Shown here piece by piece: positions 9,008-17,829 of a stretch of 64,000 nucleotides of DNA (its first letter is position 1; the number at the start of each line of letters is the position of its first letter). The stretch lies in assembly GCA_043763625.1 (NCBI GenBank), contig JAYULL010000171.1, positions 16,077 through 80,076 of the forward strand. Reading direction: 5' to 3'. Source of the stretch: Sphingobacteriaceae bacterium. Lineage in GTDB: Bacteria; Bacteroidota; Bacteroidia; Sphingobacteriales; Sphingobacteriaceae. A program made the position numbers and the translations under genes. The notes under the pieces were generated by a model. That model had not been told where the DNA came from, ran no database searches, and saw nothing but the letters and a program-made list of their open reading frames with translations.

Positions 9008-9283
9008 ATGCCTGTCAGAAGAACTATTCACGAATCTCAGGGAATCTATTTCATTACTTTCACTTGTGCACGTTGGCTAAAATTATTTAAACTGACGAAC
9101 AGCTATGATCTCGTCTACAATTGGTTCAATTACCTCAGCAAGCAAGGGCATCATATTATCGGTTATACCGTAATGCCCATCACGTTCATGCGATAATTGC
9201 TTTTAAGAATACCGAACCTTGCCCGGAAGCGTACAGTCAATCGATATGGCTGAGACGAACAGCAACCAACGTAAATTAACATT
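9008..9283 (+). pseudogene. REP-associated tyrosine transposase (IS200/IS605-like HUH Y1) remnant, frameshifted and truncated
   Basis: The ORF reads MPVRRTIHESQGIYFITFTCARWL...GYTVMP then ITFMR-stop. A 1-nt shift restores MP(N)HVHAIIAFKNTE, the HUH motif. The remnant is cut off by the next gene. Confidence 0.6.
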
Positions 9284-9340
9284 ATGTGGGCTAACGAATT
9301 TTCCTTAAATTCATTCCCGCACTTCAATACCCAAACAGCT

Positions 9341-10918
9341 ATGAAAAAAGAAATCTCCGCGTCCGAAACGAAAGACGATCTATCGGGGAAGGCCTCCGGC
9401 ATGAGCCGCCGCCAATTTGTTTCACTGACCGGCACAACTGCACTTGGCTTCTCAATTGTACCAAGACACGTGCTGGGAGGTACCGGCTATATCGCACCCA
9501 GCGATAAGATCACGATGGCTTATATCGGCATGGGTACACAGGGCATTCGTGAATTGTTACCGCTCCTAACCGTTCCGGAAATTCAGGTAGTGGCTGTTTG
9601 TGATCCTTGCAAAGAAGCAAGAGGCTATCGCGATTGGGACATCAATTCCCTTAAAAATGAAGTGCGTAAAGCACTCAACAAGCCTGACTGGACTCCCGGC
9701 GGCGACAACACGATCCCGGGAGGATTGGACAACGGCAAAGAGATAGTAGAAGCTTGGTACGCATCGATGCGCCCCGACAAAAAGTACAAAGGCTGTGCGG
9801 CCTATGCGGATGTGAGGGAATTGTTGGAAAAAGAAAAAGGCCTTGATAGTGTCAGGATCATGACACCTGACCACCTGCATGGAGTTTTAGCAATGGCCGC
9901 AATTAAAAGGGGAAAGCATGTGCTGATGCATAAACCGCTCTCTAACCGTTTGCTGGAAGGAAAGAAGGTAATTGAACTAGCCCGTAGCCGCCCTAAGGTG
10001 ATCACACATCTGATACCTTGGGACTCTAACGGTTCTATGGAGACGGTAATGGCCTGGATTAACGCAGGTGCCATCGGCAAACTTACTGAAGTGCACAACT
10101 GGACCAACCGGCCGGTGTGGCCGCAATTTCCTGAACTGCCTACGGACAAGCCTCCGGTTCCCGAGGGCTTTAACTGGGATCTTTGGCTCGGCCCTGAAAG
10201 CGATCGAGCTTATCATCCTAACTATACTCACATGGTTTTCCGAGGCTGGTACGACTTTGGTGGCGGCGCGATGGCGGACATGGGACATTACAGCCTTTGG
10301 ACGGTATTTGAAGCACTGCGGTTAACCTCTCCAACATCCGTGGAACCGCATCGCAGCCATGTAGTCAGCTTTAACGGCCCGGTGCCCTCTCAGATAAATA
10401 ATGATTTTTCTTTCCCGTTGGCCACCTCGGTACGTTTCCGCTACCCGGCAAATGAAGCTCGTGGGCCGGTAGACTTATTTTGGTACGATGGCGGCATGCG
10501 ACCTGCTGTACCGGAAGAACTGTCAGCCGTATACAAAGAGTTGCCGGCGGAAGGAATGCTGTTCGTGGGGGAAAAGGGGAAGATCCTCACAGGCTTTCGC
10601 CTGGAGGACCCGCAGATTATTTCGGGAATCAAAATGGAGGCGCCGGCGGGGGTAGTACAAAAAATTAGTGGCCGGGTACAAATGACGACCGAGGCATTGC
10701 CGCGGTTTGTACAAGCCTGTAAGGCCGGCAAGCAATACCCGGGTAGTTTTTCGGATGCAGGTTATATAACCGAAGCCGTAAACCTCTATGCGGCAGCCCT
10801 GCGTGCCAATAAACTACTCAAATACGATGCAGCTTCCGGTAAGATTACTAATGTGGAAAGCGCTAATAAGTACCTGCAGCGCGACTACCGGCCGGGATGG
10901 CAGCTTGGTTCCATTTAA
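9341..10918 (+). CDS. Gfo/Idh/MocA family oxidoreductase with a twin-arginine signal peptide
   Basis: MSRRQFVSLTGTTALG is a TAT motif, and a Rossmann fold begins at MAYIGMGTQG. The ATG at 9341 is preferred over 9284, which overlaps the transposase remnant. Confidence 0.85.
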   Translation: MKKEISASETKDDLSGKASGMSRRQFVSLTGTTALGFSIVPRHVLGGTGYIAPSDKITMAYIGMGTQGIRELLPLLTVPEIQVVAVCDPCKEARGYRDWDINSLKNEVRKALNKPDWTPGGDNTIPGGLDNGKEIVEAWYASMRPDKKYKGCAAYADVRELLEKEKGLDSVRIMTPDHLHGVLAMAAIKRGKHVLMHKPLSNRLLEGKKVIELARSRPKVITHLIPWDSNGSMETVMAWINAGAIGKLTEVHNWTNRPVWPQFPELPTDKPPVPEGFNWDLWLGPESDRAYHPNYTHMVFRGWYDFGGGAMADMGHYSLWTVFEALRLTSPTSVEPHRSHVVSFNGPVPSQINNDFSFPLATSVRFRYPANEARGPVDLFWYDGGMRPAVPEELSAVYKELPAEGMLFVGEKGKILTGFRLEDPQIISGIKMEAPAGVVQKISGRVQMTTEALPRFVQACKAGKQYPGSFSDAGYITEAVNLYAAALRANKLLKYDAASGKITNVESANKYLQRDYRPGWQLGSI

Positions 10919-10943
10919 TTCACTTCAAAAAAGAAACTAAACA

Positions 10944-11798
10944 ATGAAGCGCAAAGCATTCCTAAAAACAACCGCCACCGGTCTTGGAGGTGCGTTTTTC
11001 CTGGCCCATTTACCCGGTCAGCTGCTAGCTGCCACCCGCCTAATGAACATTCCGCTCGGTTTCCAAACTTGGGTGGTAAAAGACGCCCTCGCCAATGACT
11101 TTTCCGGTACACTGAAAACGATGGCCGCAGAAGGCTTCCGGACGGTAGAAATGTGTTCGCCGAAAGGATACGAGAAAATGGGTTTTGGCCCGCTTGCCGC
11201 AATGAAGGTATCCGACATGCGCAGCATCATCACAGATGCCGGGTTAACCTGCCCAAGCTGCCATTATACGTTTACCGAATTGACGGCACAAAACCTTGAT
11301 GAGAGTATTGAATTTGCAAAGCAGTTGGGAATCAAGCACATGATCTGTTCTCACCCGGGCCTGCCGGCGACGGCAACACTTGACGAATACCTGTTGCGAG
11401 CCGATGAGCTTAACAAAGCGGCTGAGAAGATAAAAAAAGCGGGGCTTCAGCTGGGCTATCACAATCACAGTATTGAGTTTGCTGTGTTGTCCGGCCGGCT
11501 GATATATGATGCGCTTCTTGAGCGTTTAGACCCGACGCTGGTAAAAATGCAGTTTCAGACGGAAGTGATCAATCTTGGTTACAAAGGCGCCGATTATTTC
11601 AAGAAGCATCCCGGCCGATTTATTTCAGCTCACCTCTCCGACTGGACAGCGGACAAAAAGGAGATGCCGATAGGAAAAGGGGTAATAGACTGGAAAGAAT
11701 TTTTTGCAGCTGCAAAAAATGCAGGCATAGAAACTTTTTTTGTGGAGATGACACCCGTAACTTTTAAAGAAAGCGTCAGGTATATACGTTCCCTTTAA
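10944..11798 (+). CDS. Sugar phosphate isomerase/epimerase (xylose isomerase-like TIM barrel), secreted
   Basis: 284 aa with an N-terminal signal-like segment KRKAFLKTTATGLGGAFFLA. The pairing with a Gfo/Idh/MocA gene is typical. Confidence 0.75.
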   Translation: MKRKAFLKTTATGLGGAFFLAHLPGQLLAATRLMNIPLGFQTWVVKDALANDFSGTLKTMAAEGFRTVEMCSPKGYEKMGFGPLAAMKVSDMRSIITDAGLTCPSCHYTFTELTAQNLDESIEFAKQLGIKHMICSHPGLPATATLDEYLLRADELNKAAEKIKKAGLQLGYHNHSIEFAVLSGRLIYDALLERLDPTLVKMQFQTEVINLGYKGADYFKKHPGRFISAHLSDWTADKKEMPIGKGVIDWKEFFAAAKNAGIETFFVEMTPVTFKESVRYIRSL

Positions 11799-11997
11799 CC
11801 GGCAGCCCGGTCTCGGCTAGTCCGAGTATAATAGTATTTATCCATGCAAACGCTAGCCAAGGAGAAGAAAGGCTTGTAGAAAGTTCCGCTGATTACGAGA
11901 CCGGTTCGGCAAGGTTTATGAATTGGGTGAGAGGGGTAGAGTGTGAATTACAACGTACCTTGAGTTTACAGGATATCGATTTAACAAAGCAGTAGCG

Positions 11998-12029
11998 CCG
12001 CAGAATCCCTGAAGAAGGAGACTCTGCGG
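11998..12029 (+). repeat. REP-like hairpin, family A
   Basis: CCGCAGAATCcctgaagaaggaGACTCTGCGG: a 10-bp stem with one mismatch. Confidence 0.6.
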
Positions 12030-12287
12030 GAAAGAAAAGCACCCGAAGGTGATACAATGGAGAGTAGCAAGGAGTGGATGCTATGGTTGATGAAACGGGC
12101 AGGCGCAACAGTAGCGCCAAAGATTAATCTGAAACAGGTAGAGTCAAATAAGAAATGGCATTTATATAATGAGTCTTAGAGACACGCTGCGCCCAGAATG
12201 AGGGTTAAATCAAATAAACTAAATATATAGTTCAAAATTGGCTTTCTTAAAAGTTAATTCTACCTTCACCTACAATATCTTATTTTT

Positions 12288-13826
12288 ATGAAATGTATAA
12301 TAACCATCTTCCTGTTTTTTATTTCATTTAATGCTTTTAGTCAAGCGGTAAAAGAGCCTATAACTTTGGCAAGTCCTGAACTGAATAAATATTTTGCATC
12401 GGCAAAACCCCCAACTGTTTCCGGAAAAATTATTAACGCAAGTCCTGAGGAGTTGGTAAAGCTTTCTGTAACTTATGCTTTGGTGACTCCTTTTAAAAAC
12501 TTCCAAGAAAAAGGGGTTTCTCCGCAAATAAAAAACGACGGAACATTTACATTTACTCTCGATTACCCCTTTCCTTATCAGCAAATTTGGTTTAACCTTG
12601 GCGATTATTTTTATGGAGCGTTGTATGTTAACAGGAATACGCACCTAGAGTTCGACTTCGCTCAACTGAAAAAAAAGGATGTTTACTTCATTGGAGAGGG
12701 TGTTAAGTATCTTGGGGAAGACGGACCCGCAACTGATTGGCTAAACAACCTGTTCATGTACCGACGTGAAGAGGTATCAGCAATTGAAGATTCCCTCAGA
12801 AAAATTGATGCTGAGATAGCTGATTATTCTGTGAAGACGGACTCAATCTATTCACTTTTACAGGGCATTCAGGATGAATATATCAAACTGCATCCCTCGC
12901 CCTATAGCTGGATTGCTAAAAATGAATTAAAATCAAAGTTTTACGAGACTCTGCTGTCAAAGGGGAGACGGAGTGGTGAAGAAATACAAAATTGGGAAGA
13001 CATTAAGCAGCATGTGCCGAAAATTATTTCTAATTCAGGCATGGGTTTTAATAGTATGCTTTATTCTTATCTTAATAGCAAAGTGAGTGGAAATCTTAAT
13101 AGTATGCTTTATTCTTATCGTGATAGCAAAGTGAGTGGAGATCCATCAGAAATTCGAAAACTTGTAAGTACTCCTAATTCTGACATACTGATGCTTCGGG
13201 CATCTATCGCCGATGTTAAGAAGAACGAAAAATTTCAGGACAGTTTGATAAAGGTGATAGAAACTCCTTGGGTAAGAGCCGCTATGAAGAAAAAGCAACA
13301 GCTTAATTTGCAAAAAACACAGCAACCTAATGCGTCTTTAAAAGCCGGGCTTAACGCGGGTAGCAATTCATCACTTGGTAAATTGATAGAGGAGCATCCT
13401 TATGGTGCCAAACTGTATAGTGCTGATAACATCGCCGCAGCAGATTTTCTTGCCAAGCTTTCTTCTCGTTTCAAAGGAAAAGCCATCGTGCTTGATTTCT
13501 GGGCAACATGGTGTGGTCCATGTATTGCTGCTATGCCATCAATGATGTCTGTAAATAAAGAAGCAGTAGATCTTCCCGTTGAATTTGTATATCTGTGTAC
13601 AAGCAGTAACTCCTCAATGGATTTATGGAAAAAGCAGGTTATAAAAATGAAACAGCAGGGAACACATGTGTTTTTAAATGAAAAATTAGCTAATGAGTTG
13701 ATGGCTCTGTTTGGCAAAGGTGGCTTTCCAAGTTACGTTTATTTGGATCGTAAGGGACAGATGTCTAAAGCAATAAGTGACTCTGAACATTTGTCAATAA
13801 ACGCATTAAAGAGATTAGTAGAGTAA
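12288..13826 (+). CDS. TlpA/ResA-like thiol:disulfide oxidoreductase with a long N-terminal domain
   Basis: 512 aa with a signal peptide. The thioredoxin active site FWATWCGPC lies near the C-terminus. Confidence 0.75.
   Translation: MKCIITIFLFFISFNAFSQAVKEPITLASPELNKYFASAKPPTVSGKIINASPEELVKLSVTYALVTPFKNFQEKGVSPQIKNDGTFTFTLDYPFPYQQIWFNLGDYFYGALYVNRNTHLEFDFAQLKKKDVYFIGEGVKYLGEDGPATDWLNNLFMYRREEVSAIEDSLRKIDAEIADYSVKTDSIYSLLQGIQDEYIKLHPSPYSWIAKNELKSKFYETLLSKGRRSGEEIQNWEDIKQHVPKIISNSGMGFNSMLYSYLNSKVSGNLNSMLYSYRDSKVSGDPSEIRKLVSTPNSDILMLRASIADVKKNEKFQDSLIKVIETPWVRAAMKKKQQLNLQKTQQPNASLKAGLNAGSNSSLGKLIEEHPYGAKLYSADNIAAADFLAKLSSRFKGKAIVLDFWATWCGPCIAAMPSMMSVNKEAVDLPVEFVYLCTSSNSSMDLWKKQVIKMKQQGTHVFLNEKLANELMALFGKGGFPSYVYLDRKGQMSKAISDSEHLSINALKRLVE
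13048..13143 (+). repeat. 48-bp tandem duplication inside the TlpA-like CDS
   Basis: ttaatagtatgctttattcttatc(t/g)t(a/g)atagcaaagtgagtgga(a/g)atc occurs twice. It encodes NSMLYSY(L/R)(N/D)SKVSG(N/D) x2. Confidence 0.8.
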
Positions 13827-13881
13827 GGGGTAATGAAAAACCTTTTATTTAGGATAACACCAACAGCAAACCAAAAAAGTG

Positions 13882-13913
13882 AAAGCCCTTTCATTTTTAG
13901 AAAGGGCTTTTTT
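13882..13913. terminator. Bidirectional rho-independent terminator
   Basis: The hairpin aaagccctttcatttttagaaagggcttt is flanked by an A-run and a T-run. It lies between convergent genes. Confidence 0.6.
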
Positions 13914-13947
13914 CACAGGCCTCCATGCTGACGCACGCGTGTTGACG

Positions 13948-13979
13948 CCGCAGAGTCCCTGAAAAAGGAGACTCTGCGG
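13948..13979 (+). repeat. REP-like hairpin, family A
   Basis: CCGCAGAGTCcctgaaaaaggaGACTCTGCGG: a perfect 10-bp stem. Confidence 0.65.
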
Positions 13980-14011
13980 AAAGAAAAAAGAAATACTTTA
14001 TAAGCGGTATT

Positions 14012-15865
14012 TTATTTATATCCTTTTGCTTGGAGCTCAAACAGCTCGGCATACCGGCCCTTTTTTTCGATGAGCTCTTCATGGCTCCCGATTTCTATCA
14101 ATTCACCTTTGTTTAAAACCATGATGCGATCTGCCATACGAACCGTAGAGAAGCGATGAGAAATAAGAACGGCCGACTTTCCCCTGGTTAATTCGGCAAA
14201 GCGTTGAAAAACCTCGTATTCGGCACGGGCATCTAAAGCCGCTGTAGGTTCGTCCAAAATCAGTAGTTGAACATCTTTCATATAGGCACGTGCAAGAGCC
14301 ACTTTTTGCCATTCGCCGCCCGAAAGCTCTACGCCGTTTGCAAAGCGCTTGCCCAACATTTGATCGAACCTTTTGGGAAGCTTTTCCGCCAAACTATCGG
14401 CAAGGCTAAGTCTTGCTGCCTGTACAATCAGTTCCCGGTTGTCTTTTTCTTTAATATTTCCGGTAGCGATGTTGTGCGCTAAGGTCATCTGATAGCGGAT
14501 AAAGTCTTGGAATATAATACCCATATTCAACCGTAATTCATGGATGTCGTATTCCTTTAAATCAATATGGTCCAATAAAATACGGCCTTCGGTAGGGTCG
14601 TATAAACGTGCAAGCAACTTTACCAAGGTTGTTTTACCGGCACCGTTCTCTCCAACCAGAGCCAATTTCTCGCCTGCCTTTAAGGTAAAGTTAAGGTTGC
14701 GGTTAGCCCACGTTTCTGAATGGAGGTACTTAAAGCCCACGTTCTCGAAGGTTATGCCGAACCGTATCGGTTTAGGGAAGGGCCGCGGGTTTCTTGCCTG
14801 CTTTATTCGGGGAGTAATTTCGAAAAAGTCAAAAAAGTCGTTCAGGTAAATGGCGCCCTGAGAAATGTTGGTAAAGCGGCTAAGAATGCCCTCCAGCGAA
14901 CTTTTCATTTGTCTGAAAGAACCTACCATGAAAGTAAGTCCGCCGATTGAGGTGTTTCCCGTAATGGTTTGGTAAATGATAATGGCATAGGCCGCGTAGT
15001 AGCCGGCGCTTCCTATCAAGGAAAACAAGGTACCCCAGCCGGCTCTTCGGATAACAAGGCTTTTATTGTCGTTATAAAATTTGGTTGATAAGGCGAGGAA
15101 GCGGTTGACTATAAAATCCGAAAGATTAAAGATCTTAACTTCTTTAGCCGTCTCATCGCTCGCCCCGAGAAACCGGATATAGTCCAGCTCACGGCGTTCG
15201 GGGGTTTGGCCTCTGGTAAGCAGGTAATTTTTACTGTTAAAGTAAGATTCTCCTAAAAAGGAAGGTATAATGGCAATCAGCAACAGAAGGATTAGCCAAG
15301 GATTGAACGTAATAAGTCCGACGCCGAGAAATGAAAGCGTTATAACATCCTGGATTTGGGCCATCACTTGCGACAGTAACATGGTGCGTCCGCCTGTCTG
15401 TTGCCTTGCTCGTTCCATCTTATCGTAAAATACCGAGTCTTCGAACTGGTCAAGATCAAGAGTGGCAGCGTGTTTCAGTATCTTAATCGAAGATTCGTTG
15501 GAAAACAAATCCCCGAGTAAGGTGTCTAAAAGCAGCATGGCCCGCCCGGTAAGATCAGATAAGATGGCGAGAGCAAACTCAATTCCTACATACTCCCATA
15601 CTTTATTAATCGAATAGCCCGGTTGTGCTTTGCTTAATCCTACTATTTCATCGATGATGAGCTTACCGACATATAACATAGTCACAGGCAAGGCTGAACG
15701 CAGTAACCGTATCGCACAACTACCTAAGGTCATTCCCGGACTTGTTTTCCAAACGAGTCTTAAAAATTCGGGCAGGTTGGTTAGTGCCGAGATCCGGTGT
15801 CTAAAGGTTAGCTTGTCGGTGTCCATTAAGTTAGATCTTCCGCGTGTTTTGCTCATCAGAGGCAA
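14012..15865 (-). CDS. ABC transporter, fused permease/ATP-binding protein (MsbA-like exporter)
   Basis: 617 aa. Walker A GENGAGKTT, signature LSGGEWQKV and Walker B LLILDEPTAALD are present, with an N-terminal 6-TM domain. Confidence 0.85.
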   Translation of the reverse strand: MPLMSKTRGRSNLMDTDKLTFRHRISALTNLPEFLRLVWKTSPGMTLGSCAIRLLRSALPVTMLYVGKLIIDEIVGLSKAQPGYSINKVWEYVGIEFALAILSDLTGRAMLLLDTLLGDLFSNESSIKILKHAATLDLDQFEDSVFYDKMERARQQTGGRTMLLSQVMAQIQDVITLSFLGVGLITFNPWLILLLLIAIIPSFLGESYFNSKNYLLTRGQTPERRELDYIRFLGASDETAKEVKIFNLSDFIVNRFLALSTKFYNDNKSLVIRRAGWGTLFSLIGSAGYYAAYAIIIYQTITGNTSIGGLTFMVGSFRQMKSSLEGILSRFTNISQGAIYLNDFFDFFEITPRIKQARNPRPFPKPIRFGITFENVGFKYLHSETWANRNLNFTLKAGEKLALVGENGAGKTTLVKLLARLYDPTEGRILLDHIDLKEYDIHELRLNMGIIFQDFIRYQMTLAHNIATGNIKEKDNRELIVQAARLSLADSLAEKLPKRFDQMLGKRFANGVELSGGEWQKVALARAYMKDVQLLILDEPTAALDARAEYEVFQRFAELTRGKSAVLISHRFSTVRMADRIMVLNKGELIEIGSHEELIEKKGRYAELFELQAKGYK

Positions 15866-15882
15866 AAATAAATTTTTATGAT

Positions 15883-16160
15883 AGAGTAGGACCGGTAAAA
15901 TTTAGCCTTGCATCAATGTACTTCCTTTTATCACTGAACGAAGGCTATTCCGCTTCGCGATTACACTCTGCTACTCGTCTTTGTGAGGAGGCACGACGAA
16001 GCCGTCATTGCGAGGAGATTCGACGAAGCAATCTGTCTCCGTGTCTCCGCCAGACGAAAAGAGATCGCTTCAGCGCCTTTCGCTCATGTTCCTCACTGCT
16101 TCGCGATGACGTGATTTTGTTTGGTCACTGCGAGTAGGCACGACGCGCCGGTCTCTTCGA
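15883..16160. repeat. Cluster of interspersed repeats: a family C unit followed by several family B units in both orientations
   Basis: Family C is agagtaggaccggtaaaatttag. Family B is ..gcgaggaggcacgacgaagc... Family B-like units lie at about 15982, 16007, 16063 (inverted) and 16125. The same units recur at 17764-17829 and 19321. Confidence 0.55.
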
Positions 16161-16177
16161 TGACGTCTTTTCCTGTG

Positions 16178-16320
16178 CCGCAGAGTCTCCTGCCAAAGCC
16201 ATAGCTTGGATGGCAACTGAGCGGTAAACGTATCTTTTTCGTGCCTTTAGCCGGGTATGCCTCTTAGAAGAACTGTTCGCGAATCTAAGGGAATCTTTCA
16301 TTACTTTTACTTGGGCCTTT
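16178..16320 (+). repeat. Second copy of the REP hairpin plus 5' end of the RAYT-like gene (about 140-bp repeat shared with 8927-9070), decayed
   Basis: ccgcagagtctcctgc...ggtaaacgtatcttt..cgt.cctttag....atgcct...agaagaact.ttc.cgaatct.agggaatct aligns with 8927-9070. It reads MPLRRTVRESKGIF and then degenerates. Confidence 0.5.
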
Positions 16321-16406
16321 TTCAGAACTTCTAACTTAATCCGGCGTTCAAAAACCCCCTTTGAAACATACCGCCCCCAATTCTGTTGCAATGAAAAGCC
16401 ATAAAT

Positions 16407-16715
16407 ATGCAGCAACAGAATCAGGGTAAGATTACCATACAACAAGGACAAAAGAACGGTGAAGAACTTGTTTGGGGAGCCGTGGTCGGAGAACGAGAGT
16501 TTCAATATTTCGGAGAAGCAAAGGAGACATTAGAAACTATCGATTGGGAAACAGCAGAGCATATTTGCGGCCGAAAGCTCGATGATTCATATGCTGTCTT
16601 ATTCAAAGTGCTTGAGAGTAAGGAAGGGAAATGGCATGAAAGAGAGGAACGAATTCTCTTGTACTTTTTTGGTGAAGAACAGCAAAGTGTGCAACAGAAT
16701 AGCGATAGCGAGTAG
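16407..16715 (+). CDS. Hypothetical small acidic protein (uncertain)
   Basis: 102-aa ORF ending 6 nt before the tspO start. The 5' part overlaps repeat-derived sequence, and I recognise no motif. Confidence 0.25.
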   Translation: MQQQNQGKITIQQGQKNGEELVWGAVVGEREFQYFGEAKETLETIDWETAEHICGRKLDDSYAVLFKVLESKEGKWHEREERILLYFFGEEQQSVQQNSDSE

Positions 16716-16721
16716 TAGGCG

Positions 16722-17192
16722 GTGAAAAATATAGTCAGGCTCATTATTAGTATATCACTTCCCCTGTTGGTGGGTGCTGTTGCCGGCTATGCAACCTCTA
16801 GCAATATTTCTAATTGGTATGTTTATTTGAATAAGCCTTGGTTTAATCCGCCAAACTACGTATTCGGGCCGGTTTGGACTGTTTTATACCTGCTGATGGG
16901 TATCTCACTCTTTTTAATTTGGAAGACTGCAGCTACCGATGCCCGGTTAACTGCCCTGAGAATATTTTTTATCCAGCTTGGTTTAAACTTCGCCTGGAGC
17001 TTTATATTCTTTTATTTTCACCAACCGGGGTGGGCCTTTGTCGAAATAATACTGCTATGGGGAAGTATTATTTATATGATTTTCTCATTTAATCGGATAA
17101 ACCCGATTTCGGCATATTTACAAGTTCCATATCTCTTGTGGGTAAGCTTTGCTGCTTGCCTGAATTTTTCTATATGGTACTTGAACCGTTGA
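16722..17192 (+). CDS. tspO: TspO/MBR family tryptophan-rich sensory protein
   Basis: 156 aa with 5 TM segments. Trp-rich motifs include WYVYLNKPWFNPPNYVFGPVWTVLY. Confidence 0.85.
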   Translation: MKNIVRLIISISLPLLVGAVAGYATSSNISNWYVYLNKPWFNPPNYVFGPVWTVLYLLMGISLFLIWKTAATDARLTALRIFFIQLGLNFAWSFIFFYFHQPGWAFVEIILLWGSIIYMIFSFNRINPISAYLQVPYLLWVSFAACLNFSIWYLNR

Positions 17193-17218
17193 AAGAGAAC
17201 AACCGCTCCTCTGCTCTG

Positions 17219-17289
17219 GTTCGTGTCTTCACGAAACAATATTATAAACAATAAAAAATGAAAACAGAAGTTCGTGGAGACACGAACCT
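17219..17289 (+). repeat. Hairpin repeat, family D (GGTTCGTGTCTTCACGAA ... TTCGTGGAGACACGAACC)
   Basis: 18-bp arms with 1 mismatch and a ~35-nt AT-rich loop beginning acaatatta. Confidence 0.6.
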
Positions 17290-17406
17290 TGGCTCAGAAA
17301 TTTGAAAGATGAGGAACGTCTTAAAGAGGACTTAAATAACGATTACCCCAAATTAAGGCATCATTAAGTCTTCCTTTTTTACCTGATTGATTGAACTTCT
17401 CGTTCT

Positions 17407-17676
17407 CTAGCTGTTTTGCCGTACTACGTGGTCAGCTAATTTAATGCGCTTGTCGGGATTTTTATCCTTCAAGCACAGAAGTACAATAATGGATATGATT
17501 GGAATAAGAAAGGAAATAAAAAACCAAAACCAGAATTTCCGTCCCTGACTTTGAGCGAGCAACCCTGCTATCAACTGCGGGCCCAGGAGAAGACCCAAAG
17601 CGATAAAAAATAATGGGATTTCGAACATTAGAATGACCATGCGCAAATTTACCAACTTAATTTTCCATCGCTGCAA
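17407..17676 (-). CDS. Small membrane protein (2 TM), hypothetical
   Basis: 89 aa with two hydrophobic segments. It is bracketed by two family D hairpins. Confidence 0.45.
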   Translation of the reverse strand: MQRWKIKLVNLRMVILMFEIPLFFIALGLLLGPQLIAGLLAQSQGRKFWFWFFISFLIPIISIIVLLCLKDKNPDKRIKLADHVVRQNS

Positions 17677-17699
17677 GATTGATTAGTTTCCCCCGCCTT

Positions 17700-17756
17700 G
17701 GTTCGTGTCCGCACGAACAATATTAACGATGACAGAGGCTCGTGAAGACACGAACC
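17700..17756 (+). repeat. Hairpin repeat, family D, second copy
   Basis: GGTTCGTGTCCGCACGAAC...CTCGTGAAGACACGAACC, in the same orientation as 17219-17289. Confidence 0.6.
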
Positions 17757-17763
17757 TTGGCCG

Positions 17764-17829
17764 AGAGTAGGACCGGTAAAATTTAGTCCTTTGTATCGTC
17801 ACTGCGAGGAGGCACGACGAAGCAGTCTC
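17764..17829 (+). repeat. Family C unit followed by a family B unit
   Basis: agagtaggaccggtaaaatttag (identical to 15883-15905) is followed by gtcactgcgaggaggcacgacgaagcagtctc. Confidence 0.55.

Noticed and set aside
9284-9340. Longer N-terminus for the Gfo/Idh/MocA protein starting at 9284.
   Set aside because: The extension overlaps the transposase remnant and precedes a conventional MKKE...SRRQFV TAT signal. The ATG at 9341 is more plausible.
11893-12120. 75-aa minus-strand ORF between the isomerase and TlpA-like genes.
   Set aside because: It covers a family A REP hairpin and repeated cagtagcgcc motifs, and has no coding signature.
13048-13143. Tandem repeats (48 bp here, 27 bp at 33065-33118) considered as possible CRISPR arrays.
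   Set aside because: There are only two units with no unique spacers, both inside well-supported coding frames. No cas genes are present in the window.
15844-16505. ORFs 15844-16137 (+, 97 aa) and 16125-16505 (-, 126 aa).
   Set aside because: Both are read-through translations of interspersed repeat units (family B/C and the REP/RAYT remnant). Peptides such as CEEARRSRHCEEIRRSNL recur wherever the repeat occurs.
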